From: Flaccisagitta enflata
Taxonomy: Eukaryota
Assembly: GCA_965153355.1 (NCBI GenBank)
Contig: OZ231126.1
Location: forward strand, 27,032,001-27,096,000
DNA length: 64,000 bases
Direction of reading: 5' to 3'
Both the position numbers and the translations under genes were made by a program. Of this stretch, positions 25,408-37,606 are shown one piece after another. The notes below the pieces were generated by a model that did not search any database, was not told the origin of the DNA, and saw only the letters and a list, made by a program, of their open reading frames with translations. The stretch's first letter is position 1; every line of letters begins with the position of its first letter.

Positions 25408-26136
25408 TGCTGTCGGACAAGCAACGAATACAAATTGCCACTGTCGCGATCCGCTTGTTTCTCCATTCCTTGCAGTTGTGATCCTTATGGATGTAGGGGC
25501 AATAATGCGGGAAGGCAAACGCTGTAGCGTGCGCTGGCAGGGGCTGAAATGCTGTTTCGGCCAATTGCTCATCCAATCCAATATCTCGCATTATGGACCT
25601 TCCGACGGAAACACCGTATTATAGTAAAATTACTAAAATACATTCAGATATGTATAGTAAAATACATTCAGATATGTATCAATCCCAAAATATAATGGCA
25701 GCAATCTGTACTGGCAGCTATATTGGTTCACCGGCATATTTGTCACTCACTCTCTGCATTACATTTCTTTACTCAGGTACTGCTGATTTTTTTTGCTGCT
25801 TTTTAAGTGCGTCCTCGCACTTTTATAAGAGGTCATGTCCGTCGGTTGGTCGGTCGGTCGGTCACGCAAACGTTTGAAATGCGAAAAACGGCTGATTCTT
25901 TGTAGTTCTTCGTTCCTGTCACCTTTGATGTCTCACCACATTTTCATTCATACCTTCCTTCCTTCCTTCCTTCCTTCCTTCCTTCCTTCCTTCCTTCCTT
26001 CCTTCCTTCCTTCCTTCCTTCCTTCCTTCATTCATTAAAAGCGTTCATTCACAAATTCTTAATGAAGCGAGGCGCACTTATTGGCCTTCACTTGGCCTTG
26101 TTTTTTTTTATTTAAAGATCGCAGGCGATGACTTAC

Positions 26137-28497
26137 GGTAGCTGAACGACTAGCAGAACGAGCTCCACTAAGCTCCATCTTCGATTCCCGTAATGCGAGA
26201 AATTCCGCGCGGGGAGACCCGCTAATTTTTTCGGGATCAGATTTCAAAGTGGTCGATGATTTTTTTACTTCCATGTGCGTGACATTGACTGATTGGGCAA
26301 CGTTAGAGTCATAATTTGCGGCGTTGGCTTTGATCGTTTTATCGGTGGTCGCCAAAGACGGGGGCGAACTCGATCCGGCTTTACTAGGTTTTTCACTCGC
26401 GTCGTTGCTTTCATTGGCGAAGCTAGAATTGGACGTGGTGCGTTCGTGTCTGCTAGGCAACGTCATGGTCTTTACGCTCGTCATTCTGATCGCGTCTCGC
26501 GAAGAAGAAGACATCGTGGTAAAAATTCCGCGCGGGCGATCCTTCGGGGTGACGTTGCCAGTTCCTCCAGGCGCACTTTTGTCGAAACTATCGAGAAGAG
26601 AAGAGTTCTTACTATTTCGATTATTTCCGTTATTATCGTGACCCTGCAGCCATTTCAAATCTTCCTCCAAAGAACCGTCCATGCTGTCGCTTAACCGAAA
26701 ATCGCGAGGAAGCGTGATGAGATTGTTAACGTGCATGGACGAAGACGAATTCTTGATGTCATTACTCTCAAGATGAGAGGAGGAAGAAGAGAGCATTCTT
26801 TGAAGGGTGCGGCTCGAAAATCTTCTACTCAAAGAAGACGACCCCGATGAGTGAAAGGACGAAGAGTCGGGTGAGAAAGCGGGGAGGGTAGTTTTGGGGG
26901 TAGCCGAGCTGGAGGAAATAACGCTCCTGGGACGCGTGGATTTCACCCTCTCAGCCCAAGAGATGGTCGTCGACGGTGGCTGAGGCGATGGTTGAAGACT
27001 CGTCATAGGAGAAATTTCAAATTGGGAGTCAGTCGAGGAATTTTTAGGTATATCCCGTCCAGTCTCTCCGCAATCCTTTTGTGGGTCGATTGTAGATAAA
27101 GTCGATTTCAATTTCTCATCATCGCCCTCATCAAAAACTTCATCACAACCATTCAAGGAGTCAATTTCTCGATCAATTTTTGTTTGGACTTTTTTCAAAT
27201 AATTCGTCGCGGGGATGGGCTCCTCGCCGTTGCTGTTATTATTATTATTGTCAGTGATGTTATTGAATTTTGACGCGATCCCCTTAACACCCTCGACTGG
27301 GTTTGATTTGACGACAGATTGTTTACGCGAATCTTCAGATTGCCGCGCCTTCAACGATAATGACGACGGCGTGGTATCTTTCGGTTTTTCACTCTCCTCG
27401 GAGACCAGAGGAATTCTGTCTTTCTGCGTCTTCGCGGTCACAACTTGGGCAGTAGGTGCATCGGAGGTCGGAACCCCAAATAACGCAAACGCGCGCTCTT
27501 CACTCATGTCTCCATCGCCAACCTCTGACGCCCTCGTGTGGTCCTCTTTTTGTTCTGTCTCAACTTTCACCTGTTCATTTTCCATGACACATCCTTGCGC
27601 GTCAGGTGTAAAATCTTTTTTCAACGGTTCATCATTGCCGAGTGAACTCACGCTCATTTCAGATTCCGCATTTCCACCGTCGGTAACATGGCCGGGAATT
27701 TTGTGAAATACAAAGACGGAAACACTGTCAAGCGCTTCCACATCGTCGTGGGAACTCTCGGTAGTATTTGACTTGAGAGGGTTCGACTTGGTTGACTCAG
27801 AAACGTCATCATCCCCGCTATCCCCGCAAGGACCTTCATTTAATTCGAATTCTACATGTCCCAAGTCAATGACGCCTTCCTCCGGGCTGGACCCATCAAC
27901 ACCCTCGTCCGAGCAAGACGTCCCCGTCTGTCCGATTACATCGAGTCCAACTTGGTGGCCATCACTGTCACTGGCCGCATCCATAATTTCCGGTACCACG
28001 GGATCCTTTTCCACAGATTCAACTTGATTATCGACTTGTTCTTTCATGTCAGCCGTCGATGGACGGTCATGGTCGATGATTGCGTCAATCCCTACACCAG
28101 TCAATGATTCCCCACTACTTCCACTTTGGATTTCACACCCCTTCTTCCCACCACCGGGACCATCCTCCATATTCTCAGAATCCCCAGAAAAATCGTCGTT
28201 TTCGCAGTCGTCGTCGTCGTAGTCGTCGTCGTCGTAATCCTCGTCATCCGTGCTCGGAGGCGGAAGCACGAACTGGACGGCCTTGACGACCCTGTCGGGA
28301 GACTTTCCTTTTACGATGCCGATATCCGGCGTTGAGTTAGTGGAAGTGGAGTCACGCTTTAATATCGACGAAGACGCGGGAGATGAAAGTGAATCGTTCA
28401 TAGTTTTGTTTACGTCGGTTTTAAAGCGAGGCTGTCGAAAATGAATCGATGACCGCTCCTTCTTCCGAAGAATGACCTTTCTCTTTGCGCCCTCCAT
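26137..28497 (-). CDS. Large coding exon (787 codons) of an unknown, probably disordered Ser/Asp/Glu-rich protein
   Basis: Stop-free 2.4-kb frame in AT-rich DNA; acceptor CCTTAG at 28510, ATG 28497 (MEGAKRKV), donor GTAAGT at 26136. No globular domain recognised. Confidence 0.8.
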
Positions 28498-29171
28498 AAT
28501 TAGTGACAACTAAGGATTTTACTTTTTTTTTGACATACAATTTTTTTTGGATATTAATTGATTTATGACATGACCCACTACCAAATCTTGAGTAAGAAAA
28601 GTTTTGACAGAAACAGCTCAAATGAGGAGTTATTGTGTTTGCTTTAAGGATTCCCGTTGATGAAAAACTTAACCACCTATTTCTTTATCTCTATCAAATA
28701 AAATAAAACGACATCATCAGTTTTTTGAGATTAATACCGGATGTAAATATATCTACTGGGGATTTTAAGGTCCTGATGGGTTTTTTTTAAATATTTCAAA
28801 TATTTCAGCACAAGAGTACGGTTTACAGTATACAAGTTCTTCAAGTGGCCAGTGCAGTTTTACAGGGTCCTGATCACTACAGAATTGTCTTTAAAACAAG
28901 AATTCTAGAAGGCTTCCAATTTGAGAGATAGATAATTTCTAAGAATGCTATCTTGGTCAAAGGAAAAGTATGTTTAAACTGAATAAAAGCAAGGTAACAG
29001 TCTAAGGACAAATACTGAGATGTATTGACAAATTTTACATGCATCAAAAATGAATTCATTCGCAAATTGATAATGGGCTAGTCCGCACGTCTTTCAAATC
29101 ACTGTAAAAATCATGAGATGAGATTCCATCCTTCCGATAACTATGTGCCAAACGGACCATTTCTTATACAC

Positions 29172-32100
29172 TCACGTTTCATGGCGTTTACGCCGCTTGG
29201 TTCTGCCCAACTTCAAAAATGGATGATTAAGCGCCTCTTGCGCCGTCAGTCTTTTCATATGATCATAGACAAGTAAATTGTCAATCAAGTCAATAGCATC
29301 ATCCAAGTCCCTTTTGCGCTCATTCGGTCTCGCGTCATGTCGCAGAAAATTGTACCATCCAATTGTCATTTCTTGCTCGATCTGATCCATTGGCTCCACT
29401 GCCTGAAGGCGGAAAAATGGCGGCAACTGGAAGTAACACCGACGGCAAAATCTAAACAGGGCAACAGCCAAAAAGGACACATGACATCCCACAAGAAACA
29501 TGTTGACCAATGACCACCCACACTTGAGCTTTACATGTAACGTCTCCAAGCATGCATATCAGTTCAGTGAAATGTCCGTCAAAACGCGTGCACTGATTGA
29601 GCAAACCTCCTCGCGCACGTCGAAATCGTATTTTCTGATATATTCGTCCATCCCTCTTCGACCCAATATGTTCCCTATGGCAGTTACCACTTGAAATTTC
29701 GTATCGGCAGCGAAAGGTTGGAAACCGAATACTTGCCTTACAAGCAAACAGCCCACACCCCACATATCAACCTGAAGCACATCAAGGAAATTTACCAGAT
29801 TTTCACTAACATACTGAACTATGCACAACTGGATTTCCCTCCCGCTGTCGAGGAAGTGAACTATTTTGAACCAAGGTCAAACCGAATAATCATAATTTCC
29901 ATATCCCAGAAGTAACTCGGGAGCCTTGTAATTCTTGGTTGCCACATCACAATTATAACGGGCGCCAGGAAGGTAATATTCAGCCAGACCAAAATCGATC
30001 AAGACCTGTGACAACCAGAATGGTCGCAAAAGTGTTAGATGGTCAGCGGTACCTGTGCCCTGCTTAAGTAGGTTGTGCTTGAAGATGAAGGAGCAGGGCA
30101 GCGGCCCCAAAGGGGTCAATGACCTTTGCTTTCACACAAGGAATTTTGTCGTGCTCCTCCTTCTAGCAATTGGGGCTAAAGGCTGGATTTTAGCCTTGAA
30201 GGTGGGATTTAGGCCTAGTCGCGGGGATACCGACCTTGAGGCTGGGATTTGGTCCTCAAGGTTGAGATTTGGGCCACCAGGTAGAGATTTGGGCCTTGAG
30301 GCTAAGAGTAAAGTATCAAGAATGGGATTTAAGCATCAAGAATGGGATTTGGGCCTCAAGGACGGGGTTGGGGCCTCAAGGACGGAGTTGGGGCCTTGGA
30401 AATGGGATTTTGGTCTAGAGGTTGGGATTTGGGCCTGGAGTCGGGGGGGGGGGGGGGATAAAGAAGAAGAAGAATGAGGAGGAAAAGAAAACTCGGTTAA
30501 GAATTATAATGGATGTCTCCAGGGGTGGCCTATGTAATTGATCATGGGGTGAGGGTGGCTATGGTGTGCCTGGGCCAACATTGGACGAGGCGCCATCAAA
30601 GTTGAAGGGTGGCCACCCATAAAGCGGTGGCCGAGCCACCCGTCCACCCCCACCCGTCCACCTGTCCACCCGTCCACCCCTGGCCACCCATCCACCCCTG
30701 GCCACCCATCCACCCATCTATCCTTGGACTAATACATGGTGTTTCATGCCAAAATAGATATAAGAAAACAATGCCATTTTGCTTCTAAAAATGTAAAAAT
30801 TGTTCTGAAAAAAGATTCAAAGAGCATATAAGCTCCGATGTTTTGTGTAAAAATTTCAAGGGTTTGGGTCTAATATCTTGGCCACAACATCAAATTGAAG
30901 TAAAATGAGCATTATTAGGAGAGGCTCTTTTAACATCATTTTGATTTTAAACGTTTTTCTTTAAAGTGCCCTCATTTCTAAGTGGCTTGAGTTATAGATG
31001 TCAGATTGGTCTCAAATTAAAGCTTATCAAATTTCCTTTAATTTGAGATCAATCTGGCATCTGTGGCTCAAACCGTTTAAAAATGAGAGCACTTCAAAGA
31101 AGAATTCTCAAAATCAAAATTATGTTAAAAGAGCCACTCCTTTAAATGCTCATTCTACTTCAAATTGATGTTGTGGCCAAGATAATTGACCCAGACCCAT
31201 GAAATTTTTACACAATAAATTGGAGCTTAAGACGCACTGAAAAATACCATAGAATTTGCTACCCGAGCTAGATAAATCATTAAATTTATAAAATGAAATT
31301 TAATGATAATTTTTGTTTTTATGTTTTCAATTAAACTGTCAACAGTCATATTTTGCATGAATCGACTTGCATATGCCAGTTTTAAACTCCAATCCTTTAA
31401 TTTCGAGCTGAAAAAATATGCAAAATACAATAAAAAACTTCTTTTGTCAATGTACCATGGCTCATTGAAAATTTTAAATTTGCACAGAAAATCAAAATAT
31501 CAACAAAACAAAAACATAGCGCGATTCCTATAACATATGCTGAGGGCGTTATGTTCTTATTTTGATGATATTTGGATTTTTTATGCAAATTTAAAATTTT
31601 CAATGAGCAGTTTCTGAAATGATTGTTACTATTTTTTTCACTTTTTAGTCTCATTAAAATCGAATTTTCTTCAATCTTTTTGCATTTTTGTCATTTGACA
31701 GAAACAATTCGGTTTCCTCATGTAAGCTTATACATTTCATTACAAAAAAATAAACACAAGCATTGACGTAAGCAAAAATAGTGAAGTGAAAGGTAACTTT
31801 GTCCTCTGGGTAAATTCCTCTTACTTTAATTTCAGTGCGTCTTAAGTGCTTTTTGAACTTTTTTTCAGAACTATGCATTTTTAGAAGCAGAATGGCATCG
31901 TTTTCTTATTTCTAATTTGGCATGAAACACCCTGTAGTTGCTCGGGGCAGATTTAACTCTGCCAAGTCAGTTCCAATACCCGTTCTACCTGCACCATTCG
32001 TATAAATGCCACCATCCACAATTCTTACCCCTGTGTTGGGTTTAGGGTGAAGGGCTATGTTGGGTTTAGGGTAAGGGGCTGTGTTGGGTTTAGGGTTAGT

Positions 32101-35100
32101 ACTGTTGGGTTTAGGGTTAGAAGCTGTGTTGGGTTTAAAGTCGCGTTTGCATGATTGCTAATCTAAGGTTTAATAAAAAAAAAATGATTGTAATAACCAA
32201 TTCTATGTTAGGTCTAGGGTTAAGGTCCCTGTTGGGTTAAAGTTTAACAGCTCTATTGTTAAATATAAAAGGCTGTATTAGGTTTAGGGGTAGAGGCTGT
32301 ATTGGGTTTAGGGGAAGAGTCTGTATTGGGTTGAGGTTTGAGGCTGTGTTGGGTATAAGGTTAGGGATTGTAATAGGTTTAGGGTTAAGGATTGTGTTGG
32401 GTTTAGGGTTAGGGATTGTGTTGGGTATAGAGTTAGGGGCTGTTGGGTTTAGGGTAAGGGGTTGTGTTGGGTTTAGGGTTAGGGGTTGTGTTGGGTTTAG
32501 GGTTAGGGGTTGTGTTGGGTTTAGGGTTAGGGGTTGTGTTGGGTTTAGGGTTAGGGGTTGTGTTGGGTTTAGGGTTAAGGGTTGTGTTGGGTTTAGGGAT
32601 TGTGTTAGCCTGTTAGGGTTAGGGGTTGTGTTAGGGTTAAGGGGTTGTGTTAGGTTTAGGGTTAGGGGTTATGTTGGGTTTAGGGTCAGAGGTTGTGTTA
32701 GGTTTAGGGTTAGGGGCTGTGTTGGGTTTAGGCTTGTGGGCTGTGTTTTGTTTAGGTTTTGAGGCTTTTTAGGTTAGGGGCTGTATCAGGTTTGGGGATT
32801 ATGCTGGGAAGAGGGCAAAGTGTATCACTTTACCGCAGGCAAAATGTTTCATTATGCCACAGGTAAAGTGTTTCACTTTGCCGCAGGCAAATTGTTTCAC
32901 TTTGCCGCAGGCAAAGTGTTTCACTTTGCCGCAGGCAAAGTGTTTCACTTTGCCGCAGGCAAAGTATTTCAGTTTGCCGCAGGCAAAGTGTTTTACTTTG
33001 CCGCAGGCAAAGTGTTTCATTTTGCCGCAGGCAAAGTGTTTCACTTTGCCGCAGGCAAAGTGTTTCACTTTGCCGCAGGCAAAGTGTTTCACTTTGCCGC
33101 AGGCAAAGTGTTTCACTTTGCCGCAGGCAAAGTGTTTCACTTTGCCGCAGGCAAAGTGTTTCACTTTGCCGCAGGCAAAGTGTTTCACTTTGCCGCAGGC
33201 AAAGTGTTTCACTTTGCCGCAGGCAAAGTGTTTCACTTTGCCGCAGGCAAAGTGTTTCACTTTGCCAAAGGCAAAGTGTTTCACTTTGCCGCAGGCAAAG
33301 TGTTTCACTTTGCCAAAGGCAAAGTTTCACTTTGCCTCAGGCACAGTGTTAAGGCAAAGTGTTTCACTTTGCCGCAGGCAAAGTGTTCCACTTTGCCTCA
33401 GGCAAAGTGTTTCACTTTGCCGCAGGCAAAGTGTTCCACTTTGCCGCAGGCAAAGTGTTCCACTTTGCCTCAGGCAAAGTGTTGCACCTTGCTGCAGGCA
33501 AAGTGTTTCACTTTGCCAAAGGCAAAGTGTTTCACTTTGCCAAAGGCAAAGTGTTTCACTTTGCCAAAGGCAAAGTGTTTCACTTTGCCTCAGGCACAGT
33601 GTTAAGGCAAAGTGTTTCACTTTGCCGTAGGCAAAGTGTTCCACTTTGCCTCAGGCAAAGTGTTTCACTTTGCCGCAGGCAAAGTGTTGCACCTTGCTGC
33701 AGGCAAAGTGTTTCACTCTGCCGCAAGCAAAGTGTTTCACTCTGGCGCAGGTAAAGTGTTCCACTCTGCTGCAGGCAAAGTGATACACAGTGATTCATAT
33801 TGTGCTAGGTAAGTGTTTCACATTGTGACAAGCAAGCAGGCAAAGTGATTCACTTTGTGGCAATTAAAGTGTTTAACTTTGCAGCATGTTAAGTGGTTGG
33901 TAAGGTGTATAAGGGGATTAAAGTTACAAGGGTGGCTAAAATAGGAGGAGGCTGGGTGGGGGGTGGCCAGGATGGGGGGTGGCTAGGTGGAGGATGGCTA
34001 AGGTAAGGGTGGCCAGGGTGGGGGGTGGGGGGTGGCCGGGGTGGGGGGTGGTTGAAATAAATGAAATTCATAGGGTGGCTTGATTTTTGTTGGGGTGGTC
34101 GGGGTGGCCGGTGGGGTGGCTGTGGCCACCCCTCCAGCCACCCTAGCCATCCCTTCCACCCCTTGGAGACATCTATTATAATAATGATCCGAAAACTCCC
34201 CACATGTGAAAGCATACAGTGCGGCGCAAAAAAAAGTTTGTCTTATCCATGTTATATCTCTGGTATCAATTGATGGATTTTAGAAAAAATCATGAAAAAA
34301 TTAAAGAGCTTCAAAAAATGAAGCATTTGCCGCCAAGCACAATTATGTCGGTAAAACAGTTTGAAAGTGACAGAAGTTTGAAATCGATGTCTCAAAAATC
34401 AGTTGGGAATAAACTAGAAAAATAGAACTACTTGTCTGTCAGTATTTCACGTCCAAGCAATGAGAAATACATACCATTTTGAAGCTGTGAGAGCTCTTTC
34501 AAATGAGTCCTTGCTGGATGTCCTAGCTCTATCCATTAAAAAAAGGCATTAGGATGAAAACAGGAGGTAAAGAATTTGGAAATTCACTGTGATTTTCATG
34601 GGTTATCTTTATTCTAACATAAAAGTAAAACGCAAAGAGTTCAAATTGGTTCTTGGCGCCATTTTGAAGAAAATTTGAAGTTCTTTAATTTGCTCATGGA
34701 AAACGAGTTGCTTAGACAATCTCAAGCTGTATCATTGACAAAAATGGAAAAACTAAAATTGCTCATTGGAAAAAAATAAAAAGAGCACTTTTTTCAATCA
34801 GTGATTCTTTTCTTCTTACCTTCTTGCATTTGAAAGACTTTTTGCAGAGCTTTCAAACGGTCATGGATTTTTTATGGTTCTGGCCCATAGTTAAGCAGTT
34901 AAGTGTTCATTTTCAATAGATTTTAAGGCATTAGGGTGATGAAACCTCAGAAACACCCTTGCAACTTTTTTTTTGATACTGCGCCATTTTTCACTTTCTC
35001 GGCAAACTGTGAAGGTTTAAAGTATTATAGTCTAAATTATGGTTGATAAAAAAAATAGTCAAAAGGGTATGTATACTGCTATAAAATAGGATTAAATACT

Positions 35101-36469
35101 ACCTAAAACTTTCTTTTGCGCCGTACTGTATGTCATCGACCCCTTCGGGGTCGCTGCCCAAAAGCAAAACACAAAAAATTTAGAAACAACGCATATTTGT
35201 CTGACAGTCGGAGAGAAGCAGAGATCTGCAGATACGCCGTGTGGAAGCGCCAGTATACCTGAGGCGCAGGCTTCAGGGCGACTATCAATCGATCTGGTCT
35301 ACCTCAAAGTCAAACAAAGACATGCTTAACAGTATGGCCACATGCGTTAATGTCAGACAGGGAAACCACGTACCAATCGCATTCTCACGAAGTCATATCT
35401 TAAATTGCTGGGCTTGATATCTCTGTGTATAATCCCGAGGGAATGAACTGCTTTCAACGCCTTTAATAGCTGCCTCAAAAAGATCTTGATCTCTGCGATG
35501 GTCATCGACTCGTAACGGCCTTCATCGTGGGGTTCAAACTCCAAAGCGAACGCGGGCGTCCCTTCAGAATCACGAACTGGTCCCAATAAGTTGACTACAT
35601 GGGAAACATTCCGAACTTTCTCCAAGATCGTTAGTTCTCTTTTCACCTAAATAACATAATACCGTATGAGATCACAAACGCCGTAGATGGACACAGAAAT
35701 GGGGGTTAAATAACACAAGGATTTAAGAAGACAGTTACGATCAAGCTTGTAAAACTGTTCAACAGGTTAATCCAATAAGACATGAGTAGGCAAACCTTGG
35801 ATATTCTGACAGGCTTTAAAAACTTGATGACAACTTCAACTTTTCGTTTCCGATCTTCCGCCAGGTAAGTTTCGCAGTAATGCCCGGAGCCAAGCTCCTT
35901 GGTCAACGCATAATCTAAACAGTTCATATGGATCCATGAATAGTAGTGCACACCCAAAAACACTCGCCATATTCAGCCCACGACAATCTTTCAACGTACA
36001 CAGGATGCAATGTATTGCGAGAATACAGGCCTTGAGCGCGTCAATCGGTCGGTTGTGATGTGTTTAAGGTTGTTGACCTCACTGCCACACTGACCTTCAT
36101 CGGCGCCCCTACCCACCCACCCGCGACTGTTTCCATGTATCCGGTTATCTTTAACCTTCACTGAACCACCTCGCAAAGATACCCATTCCAAATATGTCAC
36201 CTCACAAAGATAACTATCTCTAAATTGTCAAGTATCTTTCCATATATTTGACTTACTAGCTTCTAAGTCTTGCCAAACAATGTAATGCTCGTCGTATAAG
36301 TAATATCGTTTGTGATGACGAAATGACGCTAGCGAATTCTCTCTCGGCAGAAATGACGCATTCTCATTTACGTTAATGAATGATTTGGGCCTTCGCGAGT
36401 ATTCCAATGGGTATTCGAAGTGCTCTATTCCACTAAGAAGGCCGTCATTAAATTGCACTATTACTATTT
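29172..36469 (-). CDS. Divergent casein kinase II alpha-like protein kinase; exons ~36469-36257, 35914-35796, 35646-35374, 30005-29883, 29771-29607, 29402-29172
   Basis: All five introns are GT-AG with matching phases. The product aligns along CK2alpha: YDEHYIVW, LGSGHY, VVIKFLKPV..KVKRE, TPAFALE, GIIHRDIKPSN, LIDFGLAEYYLPGARYNCDVATKNYKAPELL, YDYSVDMWGVGC, LLVYDHMKRLTAQEALNHPF. Confidence 0.9.
30735..31934. mobile_element. Tc1/mariner-type MITE with internal inverted repeats
   Basis: TA-CATGGTGTTTCATGCCAAA...TTTGGCATGAAACACCCTG-TA; ~55-bp imperfect TIR. Inner palindromes at 30820-31240 and 31460-31610. Confidence 0.8.
32025..32800 (+). repeat. Telomere-like 24-bp tandem array (GTTGTGTTGGGTTTAGGGTTAGGG)
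   Basis: Near-perfect units at 32460-32600, degenerate on both sides. Confidence 0.9.
32815..33880. repeat. 24-bp palindromic-unit satellite (GCA-GGCAAAGTG-TTT-CACTTTGCC), roughly 40 units
   Basis: Read directly. A higher-order block beginning GCCTCAGGCACAGTGTTAAGGC repeats at ~33333 and ~33587. Confidence 0.95.
34217..35128. mobile_element. Tc1-like MITE
   Basis: TA-CAGTGCGGCGCAAAA...TTTTGCGCCGTACTG-TA, inserted at the TA of the HINE motif GAAAGCATA-(G/T)GTCATCGACCCC. Confidence 0.85.
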
Positions 36470-36520
36470 CTTATATAGTAATTCTGCTAAAAGTGCAAAA
36501 TCTATTTGAATTTCCTTTTT

Positions 36521-37495
36521 GGGCAGCGGCCCCGAAGGGGTCGATGACCTATGCTTTCACACATATGGGGAATTTTCTCCTTCTCCGTCCCCCCCCCCGA
36601 CCCAAATCCTACTTGGAGGCCCAAATCCCAGTCTTGAGGCCTATATCCCAGCCTCAAGGTCCTAATCCTATCCTTGAGGCCCTAATCCCATTCTTGAGGC
36701 CAAAATCCCATCCTTGAGACCCAAACCCATTCACTCACCTAAACGGGTTAGGGTTAACCCAAACCCTAACCTTAACCTCTCCACTCCAACCCTAACCCTC
36801 AACCCTAACCCCAACCCGCAACATATACCTCCAAAGTGAAGTAAAACCCTAACCCTAACCCTAACCCGCAACATAAACCTCCAAAGTGAAGTTTAACCCT
36901 AACCCTAACCCGCAACATATACCTCAAAACAGAAGTCAAACCCTAACCCTAACCCTAACCCATATACCTCCAAAGTGAAGTCAAATAAGGTTAGGGTTAG
37001 GGTTTGGAGGTTAGGGTTAGGGTTTGGAGGTTAGGGTTAATGTTTTAGTAAGTGAGCGACATGCACCCGCTCATGAGCGTCGCGGGTTAGGGTTAGGGTT
37101 AGGGTTATAAGAGAGTATAGGACTTTTACGCTTGAGGTTTAAATCCCAGCCTCAAGGCCCAAATCCCAGTTTGAGGCCCAAATCGAAGCCTCGGGGCCCA
37201 AAACCCAACCTCAAGATCCAAATCCTTTACTCAGGGCCCAAATCCCAACCTGAAGACCTAAATCCTAGCCACAAAGCCAAAATCCCAGTCTCAAGGCCAA
37301 AAACCCCCACCCAAAATACCAGCCCTAAGGCCCCAATCCCAATTGCTAGAAGCAGGAGAAAATTCCTCATATTTGTGAAAGCATGGGTCATCGACCCCTT
37401 TGGGGCCGCTGCCCTGCTCCTTCCCTCAGCCTTAATCACAACCTACTTGGGCAAGGCACGGGTACCGCTGACCATCTGACGCTTTTGCGACTATT
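36521..37495 (+). mobile_element. HINE (family A variant) carrying a telomere-repeat insert
   Basis: GGGCAGCGGCCCCGAAGGGGTCGATGACC at 36521, inverted at ~37385-37415; 21-bp repeats; tail GGTACCGCTGACCATCTGACGCTTTTGCGAC. Confidence 0.75.
36731..37130. repeat. Interstitial telomeric-repeat element: (CCCTAA)n blocks followed by (TTAGGG)n blocks
   Basis: CCCTAA runs 36760-36960 interleaved with four CATATACCTCCAAAGTGAAGT-like motifs; TTAGGG runs at 36990-37040 and 37085-37107. Confidence 0.85.
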
Positions 37496-37606
37496 ACTGT
37501 TTTTCCCCCCTTTGATTTGCTTCCCCATTTCCAAATCCTTTGATTTTATTCCCCCCCACCCCTGTCTATCGGTCCTCCAATCTGACCCGGACATTTCCAA
37601 CCTCAC

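Larger units (their letters stand above)
30012..35163 (-). mobile_element. HINE (family A variant) inflated to 5.1 kb by nested insertions; fills most of the kinase intron
   Basis: 3' tail and GGGCAGCGGCCCCAAAGGGGTC at 30012-30140, 21-bp repeats 30180-30440; partner inverted repeat split across 34190-34216 and 35131-35163. Confidence 0.65.

Noticed and set aside
32256-33812. Long ORFs in several frames (KVFHFAAG, KHFACGKV, GFRVRGCV repeats)
   Set aside because: A by-product of stop-free 24-bp units, open on both strands, inside an intron.
32815-33880. CRISPR-like palindromic direct repeats
   Set aside because: Units are contiguous with a near-constant 3-nt linker and no unique spacers; no cas genes; eukaryotic intron context.
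36760-37107. Ancient telomere-telomere fusion site
   Set aside because: A fusion gives (TTAGGG)n then (CCCTAA)n; here the order is reversed and the tract lies inside a transposon.
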